A stretch of DNA of 64,000 nucleotides from Cryobacterium sp. Lineage in GTDB: Bacteria; Actinomycetota; Actinomycetes; Actinomycetales; Microbacteriaceae. The DNA is taken from positions 201-64,200 of the forward strand of contig JAHBST010000002.1 of NCBI GenBank assembly GCA_019638975.1, read 5' to 3'. Made by a program: the position numbers and the translations under genes. Shown here piece after piece: positions 41,649 to 50,978 of this stretch (position 1 is the stretch's first letter; each line of letters starts with the position of its first letter). Below the pieces are notes generated by a model. The model had not been told where the DNA came from. It saw only the letters and a list, made by a program, of their open reading frames with translations, and ran no database searches.

Positions 41649-43081
41649 TAGCGGACGATGTGCATCGCGCGGGCGGCATCCGTAATGCTGCCCGACAGCG
41701 AGGGGTAGACGTTGAACGCCTCCGCGAGCTCGTCGACCGTCAAGCGGTGTTCGATCGCGAGCGCGATCGGCAGGATGAGTTCGGATGCTTTCGGCGAAAC
41801 GACGACGCCGCCGATGACCGTGCCCGAGCTCACACTCGCGATGAGCTTCACGAACCCGTCGCGGATGCCGAGCATTTTTGCGCGCGGATTCTGCGAGAGC
41901 GGCAACTTGTAGATCCGCCCGGGAACCACGCCATCCTCGATCTGTTTTTGCGACCAGCCGACGGTCGCGATCTCCGGTTGCGTGAAAATGTTCGACGTCA
42001 CGTTGCGCAACTCCGTCGGATTCACGGCGTCCCCCATCGCGTGGAACACCGCAGTGCGCCCCTGCATCGACGCGACCGAGGCGAGCGGCAGGAAGTCCGA
42101 GCAGTCGCCGGCCGCATAAATCGACGGCATCGAGGTGCGGGCGACGCGATTCACGCGGATGTGGCCGGATTCGGTCAACTGCACCCCGGCATCCTCGAGG
42201 CCGATACCCGCCGTGTTCGGCACCGAGCCGACAGCCATGAGGCAATGGCTGCCCTCGACCGTGCGGCCGTCGGTGAGCGTCGCGAGCACGCCATCCGCCG
42301 TCCGCTCGATCCTCTCGGCGCGCGATTTCGACAGCACCGTCATCCCGTTGCGTTTGAACACGGTTTCGATGACGTGCGCGGCGTCGACGTCCTCGCCGGG
42401 CAGCACATTGTCGCGGCTGGAAATGAGGGTCACTTTCGCCCCGAGCGCCGTGTACGCGGAGGCGAATTCGGCGCCGGTCACTCCCGACCCGACGACGATG
42501 AGGTGCTCGGGCACGCTGTCGAGCGTGTAGAGCTGAGTCCAGGTGAGGATGCGTTCGCCATCCGGCAGCGCCGACGGCAGGATGCGAGGGCTCGCACCGA
42601 CCGACACGACGATCGTGTCCGCGTCGATGGACTCGAAATCCGTGCGCTTGGTGCCCGATCCCGTCGAGACCAGGACGCGCTGCGCTCCGTCGAGGCGTCC
42701 CTCGCCCTGGAGGATGGTGACGCCGGCCGTCTTGAGCGCGGCCTTCATGTCCTCGGATTGGTCGCGCGCGAGGCCGAGGAGCCTCTTGTTGACGGCGGCG
42801 AGGTTGACGGCGACGTCGGGCTTCGACGGCCCGCTTCCCCCGCGCGCGAAAAATTGCACGCCGAGGTCGGCGGCATCCACGATCGCGGTCGCGGCTTCGG
42901 CTGTCGCGATGAGGGTCTTGGAGGGGACGACATCCGTCAAAACGGCGGAGCCGCCGACGCCCGTCCGTTCGACGAGAGTGACTTCCGCCCCCAATTGGGC
43001 GCCCGTGAGTGCGGCCTCATACCCGCCGGGGCCGCCGCCGATGATCGCGATGCGTTGCTTGCGCTCGAACTTGTACGACAT
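41648..43081 (-). CDS. lpdA: NAD(P)H-quinone dehydrogenase (LpdA, flavoprotein disulfide reductase family)
   Basis: IIGGGPGG; GGSAVLTDVVPSK lacks the CxxxxC disulfide, as in actinobacterial LpdA; GSGVTGAEFA, YAAGD, VYPSLSGS. Confidence 0.92.
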   Translation of the reverse strand: MSYKFERKQRIAIIGGGPGGYEAALTGAQLGAEVTLVERTGVGGSAVLTDVVPSKTLIATAEAATAIVDAADLGVQFFARGGSGPSKPDVAVNLAAVNKRLLGLARDQSEDMKAALKTAGVTILQGEGRLDGAQRVLVSTGSGTKRTDFESIDADTIVVSVGASPRILPSALPDGERILTWTQLYTLDSVPEHLIVVGSGVTGAEFASAYTALGAKVTLISSRDNVLPGEDVDAAHVIETVFKRNGMTVLSKSRAERIERTADGVLATLTDGRTVEGSHCLMAVGSVPNTAGIGLEDAGVQLTESGHIRVNRVARTSMPSIYAAGDCSDFLPLASVASMQGRTAVFHAMGDAVNPTELRNVTSNIFTQPEIATVGWSQKQIEDGVVPGRIYKLPLSQNPRAKMLGIRDGFVKLIASVSSGTVIGGVVVSPKASELILPIALAIEHRLTVDELAEAFNVYPSLSGSITDAARAMHIVR

Positions 43082-43111
43082 CCGCCCATTCTCCCGTAGT
43101 TCGACCCTCAT

Positions 43112-43153
43112 CAGTCCCACCAGCCCCATACCCTCCTGAATGATGAAAGCCAT
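43112..43153. repeat. Solo half-copy of the palindrome family
   Basis: CAGTCCCACCAGCCCCATACCCTCCTGAATGATGAAAGCCAT matches 40573-40614 at 35/42; lies between divergent lpdA and punA. Confidence 0.88.
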
Positions 43154-43174
43154 GCAACAAATTAGAGTGGGGGC

Positions 43175-44005
43175 ATGACGAACCACAGCAATCCGCTCGA
43201 CGACCCCGGCGCCGACCCGTTCCAGGTCGCGAAGGACGCCGCCGCCCAGATCGCGGAGAAGACCGGCGTCGATCGGCACGATATCGCGCTCACGCTCGGC
43301 AGCGGATGGGCGAAAGCCGCGGATCTGGTCGGCGAGACGACGGCCACGATCGCGGCGACCGACATCACCGGTTTCAGCAAGCCCGCGCTCGAAGGGCACA
43401 TCGGTTCGTTGCGTTCGATCCTGCTGCCGAGCGGCAAACGCGCTCTCGTGATCGGCGCACGTACGCACTACTACGAGGGCCACGGCGTTCGGCGGGTCGT
43501 CCACAGCGTGCGCACGGCCGCGGCAACGGGCGCGACGATCATGATCCTCACGAACGGCGCGGGGGGCATCCGCGAGAACTGGAAGCCGGGCACTCCCGTC
43601 CTCATCAGCGACCACATCAATTTGACGGCGACGTCGCCTCTCGAGGGCGCTACCTTCGTCGACCTCACCGACCTCTCCTCGCAACGCCTGCGCGATGTCG
43701 CCCGCAGCATCGATCCCGATCTCGACGAGGGCGTGTATTGCCAATTCCGCGGCCCCAACTATGAGACTCCCGCGGAAGTGCAAATGGCGAAGACGATCGG
43801 CGGGCACATCGTCGGGATGTCGACGGCGCTCGAAGCGATCGCCGCACGCCAGGCCGGCATGGAAGTGTTCGGGATGTCGCTCATCACGAATCTCGCCGCC
43901 GGCATCCAGAAGACGCCGCTCAGCCACGAAGAGGTCATCGACGCGGGAAAGGCCGCCGAACCGGTCATCAGCGCGCTCCTCGCGAAGATTGTCGCGGCAC
44001 TGTGA
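43175..44005 (+). CDS. punA: Purine nucleoside phosphorylase (trimeric type)
   Basis: LGSGW, RTHYYEG, LTNGAGG, GPNYETPAE, VGMST, TNLAAG, HEEV. Confidence 0.94.
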   Translation: MTNHSNPLDDPGADPFQVAKDAAAQIAEKTGVDRHDIALTLGSGWAKAADLVGETTATIAATDITGFSKPALEGHIGSLRSILLPSGKRALVIGARTHYYEGHGVRRVVHSVRTAAATGATIMILTNGAGGIRENWKPGTPVLISDHINLTATSPLEGATFVDLTDLSSQRLRDVARSIDPDLDEGVYCQFRGPNYETPAEVQMAKTIGGHIVGMSTALEAIAARQAGMEVFGMSLITNLAAGIQKTPLSHEEVIDAGKAAEPVISALLAKIVAAL

Positions 44006-45711
44006 AGGGCGGCGAAGTCATTGCCCGGGCGAAGGCGTGGCGCGATCAGGATCCGGACGAGGAGACTCGCGCGGAACTCGACGCGCTTATCGCGGATGCC
44101 GAGGCCGGCCACGACAAGGCCGTGGACGACTTGCATTCCCGATTCGATTCTCGGCTGGAGTTCGGCACCGCGGGGCTCCGCGGAGAACTCGCGGCCGGTC
44201 CGAACCGCATGAACCGCGTTCTCGTGTCGCAAGCGGCGGCCGGATTCGCGGCCTACCTTCTGGGCCGTGAGAGCGCTCCGAGCGTCGTGATCGGGTACGA
44301 CGGCCGCAAGAATTCGCAGGTTTTCGCCACCGACTCCGCGGAGATCATGGCGGGGGCAGGAGTGCGCGCGATCATCCTTCCCCGGCTTCTGCCGACGCCC
44401 GTCCTCGCATTCGCCGTCCGGCACCTCGGCGTGAGCGCGGGCGTCATGGTGACCGCGAGCCACAATCCGCCGAACGACAACGGATACAAGGTCTATCTCG
44501 GCGGTGCCGACGAGGGCTCGCAAATCGTCCCGCCCGCGGATGCCGAGATCGAAGCGCACATCCAGCGCGTTGCGGCGACGGTTCTCGTGCCCGAGCTTCC
44601 GCGCTCCCACGACTACGAAACCGCGGGCGAGGAAGTGCTCGACGAATACGTTCGAGCGACGGCAGCGCTCGTCGCCGCGCCGGCCGACGCCCCGAAGTTC
44701 GTCTACACGGCAATGCACGGCGTCGGATGGGAGACCGCGAAGCGCGTGTTCGCCGACGCCGGGTTCGGCGAGCCGATCGTCGTGCCCGAGCAGATCGAAC
44801 CCGATCCTGCGTTCCCGACAGTCGCGTTCCCGAACCCGGAGGAACCGGGAGCGCTCGATCTTGCCTTCCGCACGGCGACCGCATCCGGCGCCGAACTCAT
44901 CATCGCCAACGACCCCGACGCCGATCGCCTCGCGGTCGCGGTCCCGGATGCAGAAGGCGGTTGGCGTCGGTTGTCCGGCAATGAAGTGGGTTGGTTGCTG
45001 GGCTGGCGGGCCGCCGAGCGGATTCGCCAGGCCGCGGAAACCGTTGCGGCCGTCGGCGGCGACATCGCTTCGTGCGTTTCGTCAACTCTCGCCGCATCGA
45101 TCGTGAGTTCGCCGGCGCTCTCGGCCATCGCACAGGAGTACCGCGTGGACTACGTCGAAACCCTCACGGGCTTCAAGTGGGTGTCGCGCGTCGCCAATCT
45201 CGCGTTCGGCTACGAAGAGGCTCTCGGCTACCTCGTCGACCCGAACAAGGTGCGCGACAAGGATGGGATTTCGGCAGCCGTCGAGTTTCTCTCTCTCGTG
45301 TCGGAGCTCAAGGCGGCCGGTAGATCGTTCGGCGAACACGAGCTCGCATTCGCCGCCGAGTTCGGGGCATTCGCCTCCGGCCAGGTGTCGGTGCGCGTTC
45401 AGGACCTTGCCGACATCCCGAAGATCATGACGCGCATCCGCCAGTCGCCTCCCACGCATCTCGGCGAGATCGCGGTCGCTTCGATCGATGATTTCGAGCA
45501 CGGATTCGGCGACTTCCCGCCGGGCGATATCCTCCGCATCCACCTCGCGGACGGCTCGAGAGTCATTGTGCGGCCGAGCGGCACCGAGCCGAAAGTGAAG
45601 GTGTACCTCGACGCGTCGAGCACGGACGGTTCGCCGAGCGAGCGAATTTCCGCCGCCCAGGCGATGGTGGATGCGCTCACCGCGGCGGTGAACGAATTGC
45701 TGGCCCGATGA
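44002..45711 (+). CDS. Phospho-sugar mutase (PGM/PMM family)
   Basis: FGTAGLRG, TASHNP, NDPDADR, GYEEALG, RPSGTEPK. Confidence 0.94.
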   Translation: MKGGEVIARAKAWRDQDPDEETRAELDALIADAEAGHDKAVDDLHSRFDSRLEFGTAGLRGELAAGPNRMNRVLVSQAAAGFAAYLLGRESAPSVVIGYDGRKNSQVFATDSAEIMAGAGVRAIILPRLLPTPVLAFAVRHLGVSAGVMVTASHNPPNDNGYKVYLGGADEGSQIVPPADAEIEAHIQRVAATVLVPELPRSHDYETAGEEVLDEYVRATAALVAAPADAPKFVYTAMHGVGWETAKRVFADAGFGEPIVVPEQIEPDPAFPTVAFPNPEEPGALDLAFRTATASGAELIIANDPDADRLAVAVPDAEGGWRRLSGNEVGWLLGWRAAERIRQAAETVAAVGGDIASCVSSTLAASIVSSPALSAIAQEYRVDYVETLTGFKWVSRVANLAFGYEEALGYLVDPNKVRDKDGISAAVEFLSLVSELKAAGRSFGEHELAFAAEFGAFASGQVSVRVQDLADIPKIMTRIRQSPPTHLGEIAVASIDDFEHGFGDFPPGDILRIHLADGSRVIVRPSGTEPKVKVYLDASSTDGSPSERISAAQAMVDALTAAVNELLAR

Positions 45712-46616
45712 CGCTCCCGCACGACGGCACGATCGTGACGTATCCGACGGGGTCGACCTCGGGGGCTGCGACGGTTCTGCACGTGGAACCGGTGGGACCT
45801 CGATTCGCCGTGCTCCTGGACACGACTCCCGTGCATCCGGTGGATGCGGGGTGGCCCGACCAGCCCGCGGATCGCGCAAAATTCGAGTGGAATGGCGGCG
45901 AAGCCGAGGTCGTCGATTGCGTCGTCGGGGCGACGGACGGCACTCAATTGCTGCTCGGGGCCGACATCCCCGTGCGCAAGGGGACTGACGGCTGGGCTTT
46001 CGTCGTCGCCCACATAACGGATGTCGCACCGCCCGTCGGCATCGTCGTCACGGTGGAGGTCGACGAGAAGTATCGGCGGGCGCTGTCCATCGGCCACACG
46101 GCGTGCCATCTCGCTTCTCTCGCCCTCAATCGCGCGCTCGGCGGCCGCTGGTCGAAGTCGGTTGCTCCGGATGCGCTCGGTGCGCCCGATTTCGACGCTC
46201 AAGCGAATGACGAGTCCCGCATCCTGGAGCGCGGTTCCCGCGACACGTACCGTTTGGGCAAGTCCTTGCGCAAGAAGGGGTTCCGCACCGAGGGCCTCGC
46301 CGCCGGCGCCGCCGACGGTCTCATCGACGGTCGCGCCGCGGAAGCGGTCGGTGACATCGCTTTCGTGGAGGAAGCCGTCAATTCCGCCCTCGCCGAGTGG
46401 GTCGGGGCGAAGTCGCCCGTGCGCATCGACCGGGATGGCGACAGGCTCACGGATCGCCGCTATTGGGTCTGCGAGTTGCCGGAAGGGAGCGCCCGCATCG
46501 CATGCGGCGGAACGCACGCTCACGACCTCGGCGAACTCAAGGGGCTGACTGCGCGGTTATCGCTCGAGGATCACGATGGAACACCGGTCCTCGTCATGGA
46601 GACGTCGGCCACCTGA
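45708..46616 (+). CDS. AlaX/AlaRS editing-domain-like metal-dependent hydrolase
   Basis: VLLDTTPVHP, HTACH (HxxxH) and CGGTH motifs. Confidence 0.8.
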   Translation: MTLPHDGTIVTYPTGSTSGAATVLHVEPVGPRFAVLLDTTPVHPVDAGWPDQPADRAKFEWNGGEAEVVDCVVGATDGTQLLLGADIPVRKGTDGWAFVVAHITDVAPPVGIVVTVEVDEKYRRALSIGHTACHLASLALNRALGGRWSKSVAPDALGAPDFDAQANDESRILERGSRDTYRLGKSLRKKGFRTEGLAAGAADGLIDGRAAEAVGDIAFVEEAVNSALAEWVGAKSPVRIDRDGDRLTDRRYWVCELPEGSARIACGGTHAHDLGELKGLTARLSLEDHDGTPVLVMETSAT

Positions 46617-47445
46617 ACGTCGGCTTCTCCTTCGCGAGGAAAGCTTCGACGCCGATTGCACGATCATCGGATGCCGTGGACTCCCACGTCGCCGCGATCC
46701 GTTCCGCATCCCCCCTATCGCCGACTATCGCATCGATGATGTCCTTCATCGCGCGGATCGAGTACTGCGAACGGCTTGCGAGGAGTTCGGCGAATGCCGC
46801 GATCGCATCCCAGTATCCCGCGACGGGCAGCACTTTCGTGACGAGCCCGAAGCCGAGGGCGGCGTCCGCAGGGAACAGTTCGCCCGTGAACAGCAAGTGT
46901 TTCGCGACCGCGGGGCCGACGAGAGCGACCACGCGTTCGATGCCCGACACGGGGTAGATGATGCCGAGTCGCGACGGCGTTATCCCGAACGTCGATCTCT
47001 CGGAGGCGATCCGGATGTCGCACGCGCCCGCAAGCTCCCACCCGCCGCCGACGCAAAACCCGTCGATCGCGGCGATCGTCGGTTTGGCGAACGCCGCGAG
47101 CGCATTCTCCGCTGCGGACATGATTCCGCCAGACGCGGAACCGACGTTGAATGACGGGGGCGAGCCCGGCGCCCCGCGCAAGACGGCGGACTCCGTCGAC
47201 CCGGATGACTCCTGCGATTCCGGCAATATTCGGTCCAGGTCGCCGATGTCCGCACCGGCAGAAAAGTCCTCGCCGGCGCCCCGCAGCACGACGACCCTCA
47301 CGCGATCATCCTCGGCGAGTTCCGCGAGGACAGGTTCGAATCGCGCCCACATGTCGGCGTCCACAGCGTTGCGTTTGCCTGCGTTCTCGATCACGATCGT
47401 CGCAATCGCTCCGGCAACCTCGACCTGAACCGACGCCACGGTCAT
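46594..47445 (-). CDS. Enoyl-CoA hydratase/isomerase family protein
   Basis: KRNAV, FSAGADI, KPTIAAIDGFCVGGGWEL. Confidence 0.9.
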   Translation of the reverse strand: MTVASVQVEVAGAIATIVIENAGKRNAVDADMWARFEPVLAELAEDDRVRVVVLRGAGEDFSAGADIGDLDRILPESQESSGSTESAVLRGAPGSPPSFNVGSASGGIMSAAENALAAFAKPTIAAIDGFCVGGGWELAGACDIRIASERSTFGITPSRLGIIYPVSGIERVVALVGPAVAKHLLFTGELFPADAALGFGLVTKVLPVAGYWDAIAAFAELLASRSQYSIRAMKDIIDAIVGDRGDAERIAATWESTASDDRAIGVEAFLAKEKPTFRWPTSP

Positions 47446-48683
47446 CCGCCCGACGTGTCGAGGGCGGCAACCACCCCGGAGTCGATGAGGCCTTGCACTT
47501 GCGCCTCGCTCAAACCGAGTGAATCCAGCACCGCGCGAGTATCCTCGCCGAGCGCGGGCGGCGACTTGCGAATCTCGAGTGCGCGGCCGTCGATCGACAC
47601 CGGGCCGCGCAAGAGCGGCAAGTCGCTTCCGTCGGCGCGCGTGACGTGCTTGACCATGTCGAGGTGCTTCACTTGCTCGTCCTCGAACACTTGCGCGTAG
47701 TTGTAGATCGGGCCCGTCGGGATCCGCGCGGCGCGGAACGCCTCGACCCACTCGAGCCCGGGGCGGGAAACTAGCAACGCTTCAAGCCGCTTCTTGAGCT
47801 CTCCGCGGTGTTCCGTGCGCAACTTGCCGGTCGCAAGATCCGGATGATCGGCGAGCGAAGCGTCCCCGACGAGTTCGCACAAATCGCGCCATTGCTTCTC
47901 ATTGCCGACCGCGATGATGACGGGGATGTCCGCGGTCGCGAACACGCCGTACGGCGCGAGCACGGGGTGGTCGTTGCCTTGCGGCTCCGGCACGACGCCG
48001 GTGCTCAGGAACCGCTGCCCCTGGAACACCGAAATCGCGAGCGCCGCTTCGAGCAGCGACGTCGAAACCGTGTGACCGTTGCCGGTGCGCTCGCGATCGA
48101 CGAGCGAAGCGAGGATGCCCACGGCCGTGAAGATGCCCGAAATGATGTCGATCACCGGGATGCCGACGCGGTACACGTTCCCGGCGTCCTTTCCCGTCAC
48201 CGACATGAGCCCCGACATTCCCTGGGCCACTTGGTCGAGGCCGGCGGTCTGGCTGAGCGGTCCGGTCGCTCCGAATCCGCTGACGGATGCCACGACGAGA
48301 CCCGGCTTCTCCGACCTGAGAATGTCGGGGTCGAGGCCGAGTTCGGCGAGCACGCCGGGCCGGAAGTTCTCGATCACGACATCCGAAGCGAGCGCCATGC
48401 GCTTCAACAACGCTTGACCCTCTGCGCTGTAGAAGTCGAGCGCGATCGAGGACTTTCCGCGATTCGTGGAGTCGTAATAGAGGCTGTGATCGCCTTCGAA
48501 CGGCGGCCAGCCGCGCGTCGAGTCGCCGCCCTTGATCGACTCCACTTTCGTGACGGTCGCGCCGAGGTCGGCGAGCAGCGCGGTCGCGTACGGTCCGGCA
48601 AGCGCTCGCGTCAAGTCGAGCACGGTGATACCGGTAAGCGGCATGGCTGGGTCTGCCGCGGGCTTCGACGATTGGCCGGCCAC
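47442..48683 (-). CDS. CaiB/BaiF family III CoA-transferase
   Basis: VLDLTRALAGP, NRGKSS, ENFRPG, GFGATGP, PPALGE. Confidence 0.93.
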   Translation of the reverse strand: MAGQSSKPAADPAMPLTGITVLDLTRALAGPYATALLADLGATVTKVESIKGGDSTRGWPPFEGDHSLYYDSTNRGKSSIALDFYSAEGQALLKRMALASDVVIENFRPGVLAELGLDPDILRSEKPGLVVASVSGFGATGPLSQTAGLDQVAQGMSGLMSVTGKDAGNVYRVGIPVIDIISGIFTAVGILASLVDRERTGNGHTVSTSLLEAALAISVFQGQRFLSTGVVPEPQGNDHPVLAPYGVFATADIPVIIAVGNEKQWRDLCELVGDASLADHPDLATGKLRTEHRGELKKRLEALLVSRPGLEWVEAFRAARIPTGPIYNYAQVFEDEQVKHLDMVKHVTRADGSDLPLLRGPVSIDGRALEIRKSPPALGEDTRAVLDSLGLSEAQVQGLIDSGVVAALDTSGG

Positions 48684-48685
48684 GA

Positions 48686-50197
48686 TCAGGCCCGAAGTTT
48701 GACGTTGACCTGCTTGATCTGGGTGAACCCTTCGAGCATTCCTTCGAGGGAAACCTCTCGACCGATGCCGGATTGCTTGTATCCTCCGTACGACTGCCCG
48801 ACGACCTGCCCGCCGCCCTGATTCACTTGCACCCAGCCCGCTTCGAGGCGATGGGCCGTGTTCAACGCGTTGTCGAGGTCATGGCTCCACACGAACGCGG
48901 CGAGGCCGTAGTGCGAGTCGTTCGCCATCGCGACGACTTCGTCGACCGTCTTCCACGGTATGGCCACGAGGACGGGCCCGAAGATCTCTTCGCGCGCGAG
49001 GCGGAACTCGTTGCGCCCGCCCGCGAAAATCGTGGGCACGTGATAGTACCCCTCGGTGAGCGGTCCCTCCGTGGGCGCCGTGCCCCCGAGGGCGACCGAC
49101 ATGTCGCCCGACTCGCGCCCCTCGACGAGATAACCGTCGATGGCGTCGAATTGCTTCTGGTTGATGACGGCGCCCATGTCGGATGCCTCCTCGAGCGGGT
49201 CCCCGACGACGAGACTTCCGAGGCGATCGACGAGCTTGCCGAGCACGTCGTCGTAAATGTCTTCGTGCAGGAACAAGCGAGAGCCTGCCGTGCAGCTTTG
49301 ACCCTGACGCGTGAATCGGCTCGCGAAGAGCAAACCGTCGACGATCTGGTCGTCCACGCCATCCGGGAACACGATCGACGGATTCTTGCCGCCGAGTTCG
49401 AGGGACATGTGCGCGAGCCGCTCGCCGGCTTGCTTCGCAACCGTGCGCCCGACCTCGGTCGAGCCCGTGAACGAGACCTTGTCGACATCCGGATGATCGG
49501 CGAGCGCCGATCCGATGAGGCTCCCCCGGCCGGTGAGAGCGTTGAGCACGCCCTTGGGGAGGAACTTGTTGCACACGGCCGCAAGCAGCAGGATTGTGAG
49601 CGGGGCGTCATCCGCTGCTTTCAACACGACCGTGTTGCCGGCGGCGAGCGCGGCCGGCACCTTGAATCCCGCGATCATGAGCGGCGAGTTCCACGGCAGG
49701 ATGCACGCGACGACGCCGAGGGGCTCGCGCCGCGAGTATTGCAACTGATTGTCGCCCGCGGGCAGGGTCACGCCCTTGACCTCTCCCGCAACACCGGCGA
49801 AGTAGCGGAACAGCGAAACGAGCGAGACGACTTCCGGGCGCGCCTGAGTGCGGAGAGCATTGCCGGTGTCGAGCGCGGTGAGGCGCGCGAAGTCATCCGC
49901 TCGTGCTTCGATCTCGTCGGCGATGAGCGAAAGGGCGCGAGCGCGCTCCGTGAAATGGGTCGCCTTCCACGCGGGGAACGCAGCCTTCGCCGCGGCGACT
50001 GCCCGATCGACATCGTCGGTGCCGGCGGCGGGCACGCGCGTGATGACGGTGCCGCGGTGGGCCGGATTCATCACGTCGCGCCACTCGCCCGTCGTCGACT
50101 CGACGGGTTCCCCGTTGATCCACATCGGCTGATCCGGTCCCGTGAATGTCGTGCGCGTGTCTACAGCGCCAGCAAGCGCCACTTCCTTGGCCATCAT
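48686..50197 (-). CDS. Aldehyde dehydrogenase
   Basis: PWNSP, FTGSTEVG, LELGGKNP, GQSCTAGSR, EEIFGPV. Confidence 0.93.
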   Translation of the reverse strand: MMAKEVALAGAVDTRTTFTGPDQPMWINGEPVESTTGEWRDVMNPAHRGTVITRVPAAGTDDVDRAVAAAKAAFPAWKATHFTERARALSLIADEIEARADDFARLTALDTGNALRTQARPEVVSLVSLFRYFAGVAGEVKGVTLPAGDNQLQYSRREPLGVVACILPWNSPLMIAGFKVPAALAAGNTVVLKAADDAPLTILLLAAVCNKFLPKGVLNALTGRGSLIGSALADHPDVDKVSFTGSTEVGRTVAKQAGERLAHMSLELGGKNPSIVFPDGVDDQIVDGLLFASRFTRQGQSCTAGSRLFLHEDIYDDVLGKLVDRLGSLVVGDPLEEASDMGAVINQKQFDAIDGYLVEGRESGDMSVALGGTAPTEGPLTEGYYHVPTIFAGGRNEFRLAREEIFGPVLVAIPWKTVDEVVAMANDSHYGLAAFVWSHDLDNALNTAHRLEAGWVQVNQGGGQVVGQSYGGYKQSGIGREVSLEGMLEGFTQIKQVNVKLRA

Positions 50198-50201
50198 CTT
50201 C

Positions 50202-50978
50202 CTATCGATTCGTGAATTTCGGGTCGCGCTTGTCGACGAACGCGCTCATTCCCTCTTTTTGGTCCTCCGTCGCGAAGGTCGCGTGGAACACACGGCGCTC
50301 GAATCGGATGCCGTTCTCGAGCATCGTCTCGAAAGCGGCGTTCACGGCTTCTTTCGCCATCATCGCGATCGGAAGGGACATCGATCCAATCGTAGCCGCG
50401 GTCGACATGGCCTCTTCGAGCACGGTTTCCGCGGGAACCACGCGCGAGACGAGTCCCGACCTCTCGGCTTCCTCGGCATCCATCGTGCGGCCCGTGAGGA
50501 TGAGTTCCATGGCTTTCGCTTTGCCGATCGCCCGCGTGAGCCGTTGCGAGCCGCCCATCCCAGGGATGACGCCGAGCTTGATTTCGGGTTGGCCGAATTT
50601 CGCGTTGTCGCCCGCGATGACGACGTCGCACATCATGACGAGCTCGCAGCCGCCGCCGAGCGCATATCCGGAGACCGCCGCGATCAGCGGAGTCCGAACG
50701 GCCGTGAACCGGCTCCACCCTTCGAACCAGTCCGCCGCATACATGTCGACGTAGCTTTTCGACGCCATTTCCTTGATGTCCGCGCCCGCGGCGAACGCTT
50801 TCGCGGAGCCCGTGATGACGATCGCCCCGATTCCCGGGTCCGCGTCGAGTTCGGATGCCGCAGCCACGAGTTCGTGCAAAAGCTCGAGGTTCAGCGCATT
50901 GAGCGCCTCCGGCCGATTGAGCGTGATGAGAGCGACGCGGTCCCGCCGCTCGACGATGATGGTGTTCCACTCGGTCAT
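50202..50978 (-). CDS. Enoyl-CoA hydratase (EchA8-like)
   Basis: [36 protein letters not shown]. Confidence 0.93.
   Translation of the reverse strand: MTEWNTIIVERRDRVALITLNRPEALNALNLELLHELVAAASELDADPGIGAIVITGSAKAFAAGADIKEMASKSYVDMYAADWFEGWSRFTAVRTPLIAAVSGYALGGGCELVMMCDVVIAGDNAKFGQPEIKLGVIPGMGGSQRLTRAIGKAKAMELILTGRTMDAEEAERSGLVSRVVPAETVLEEAMSTAATIGSMSLPIAMMAKEAVNAAFETMLENGIRFERRVFHATFATEDQKEGMSAFVDKRDPKFTNR

Noticed and set aside
40517-43153. Repeats read as a CRISPR array
   Set aside because: Copies are inverted pairs separated by whole genes, not direct repeats with uniform spacers; no cas genes in the window.
29372-50215. Long antisense or alternative-frame ORFs (e.g. 29372-31081, 34719-36335, 38625-40493, 41660-43099, 48773-50215)
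   Set aside because: Shadow ORFs expected from high-GC codon bias opposite well-supported genes; no motifs.
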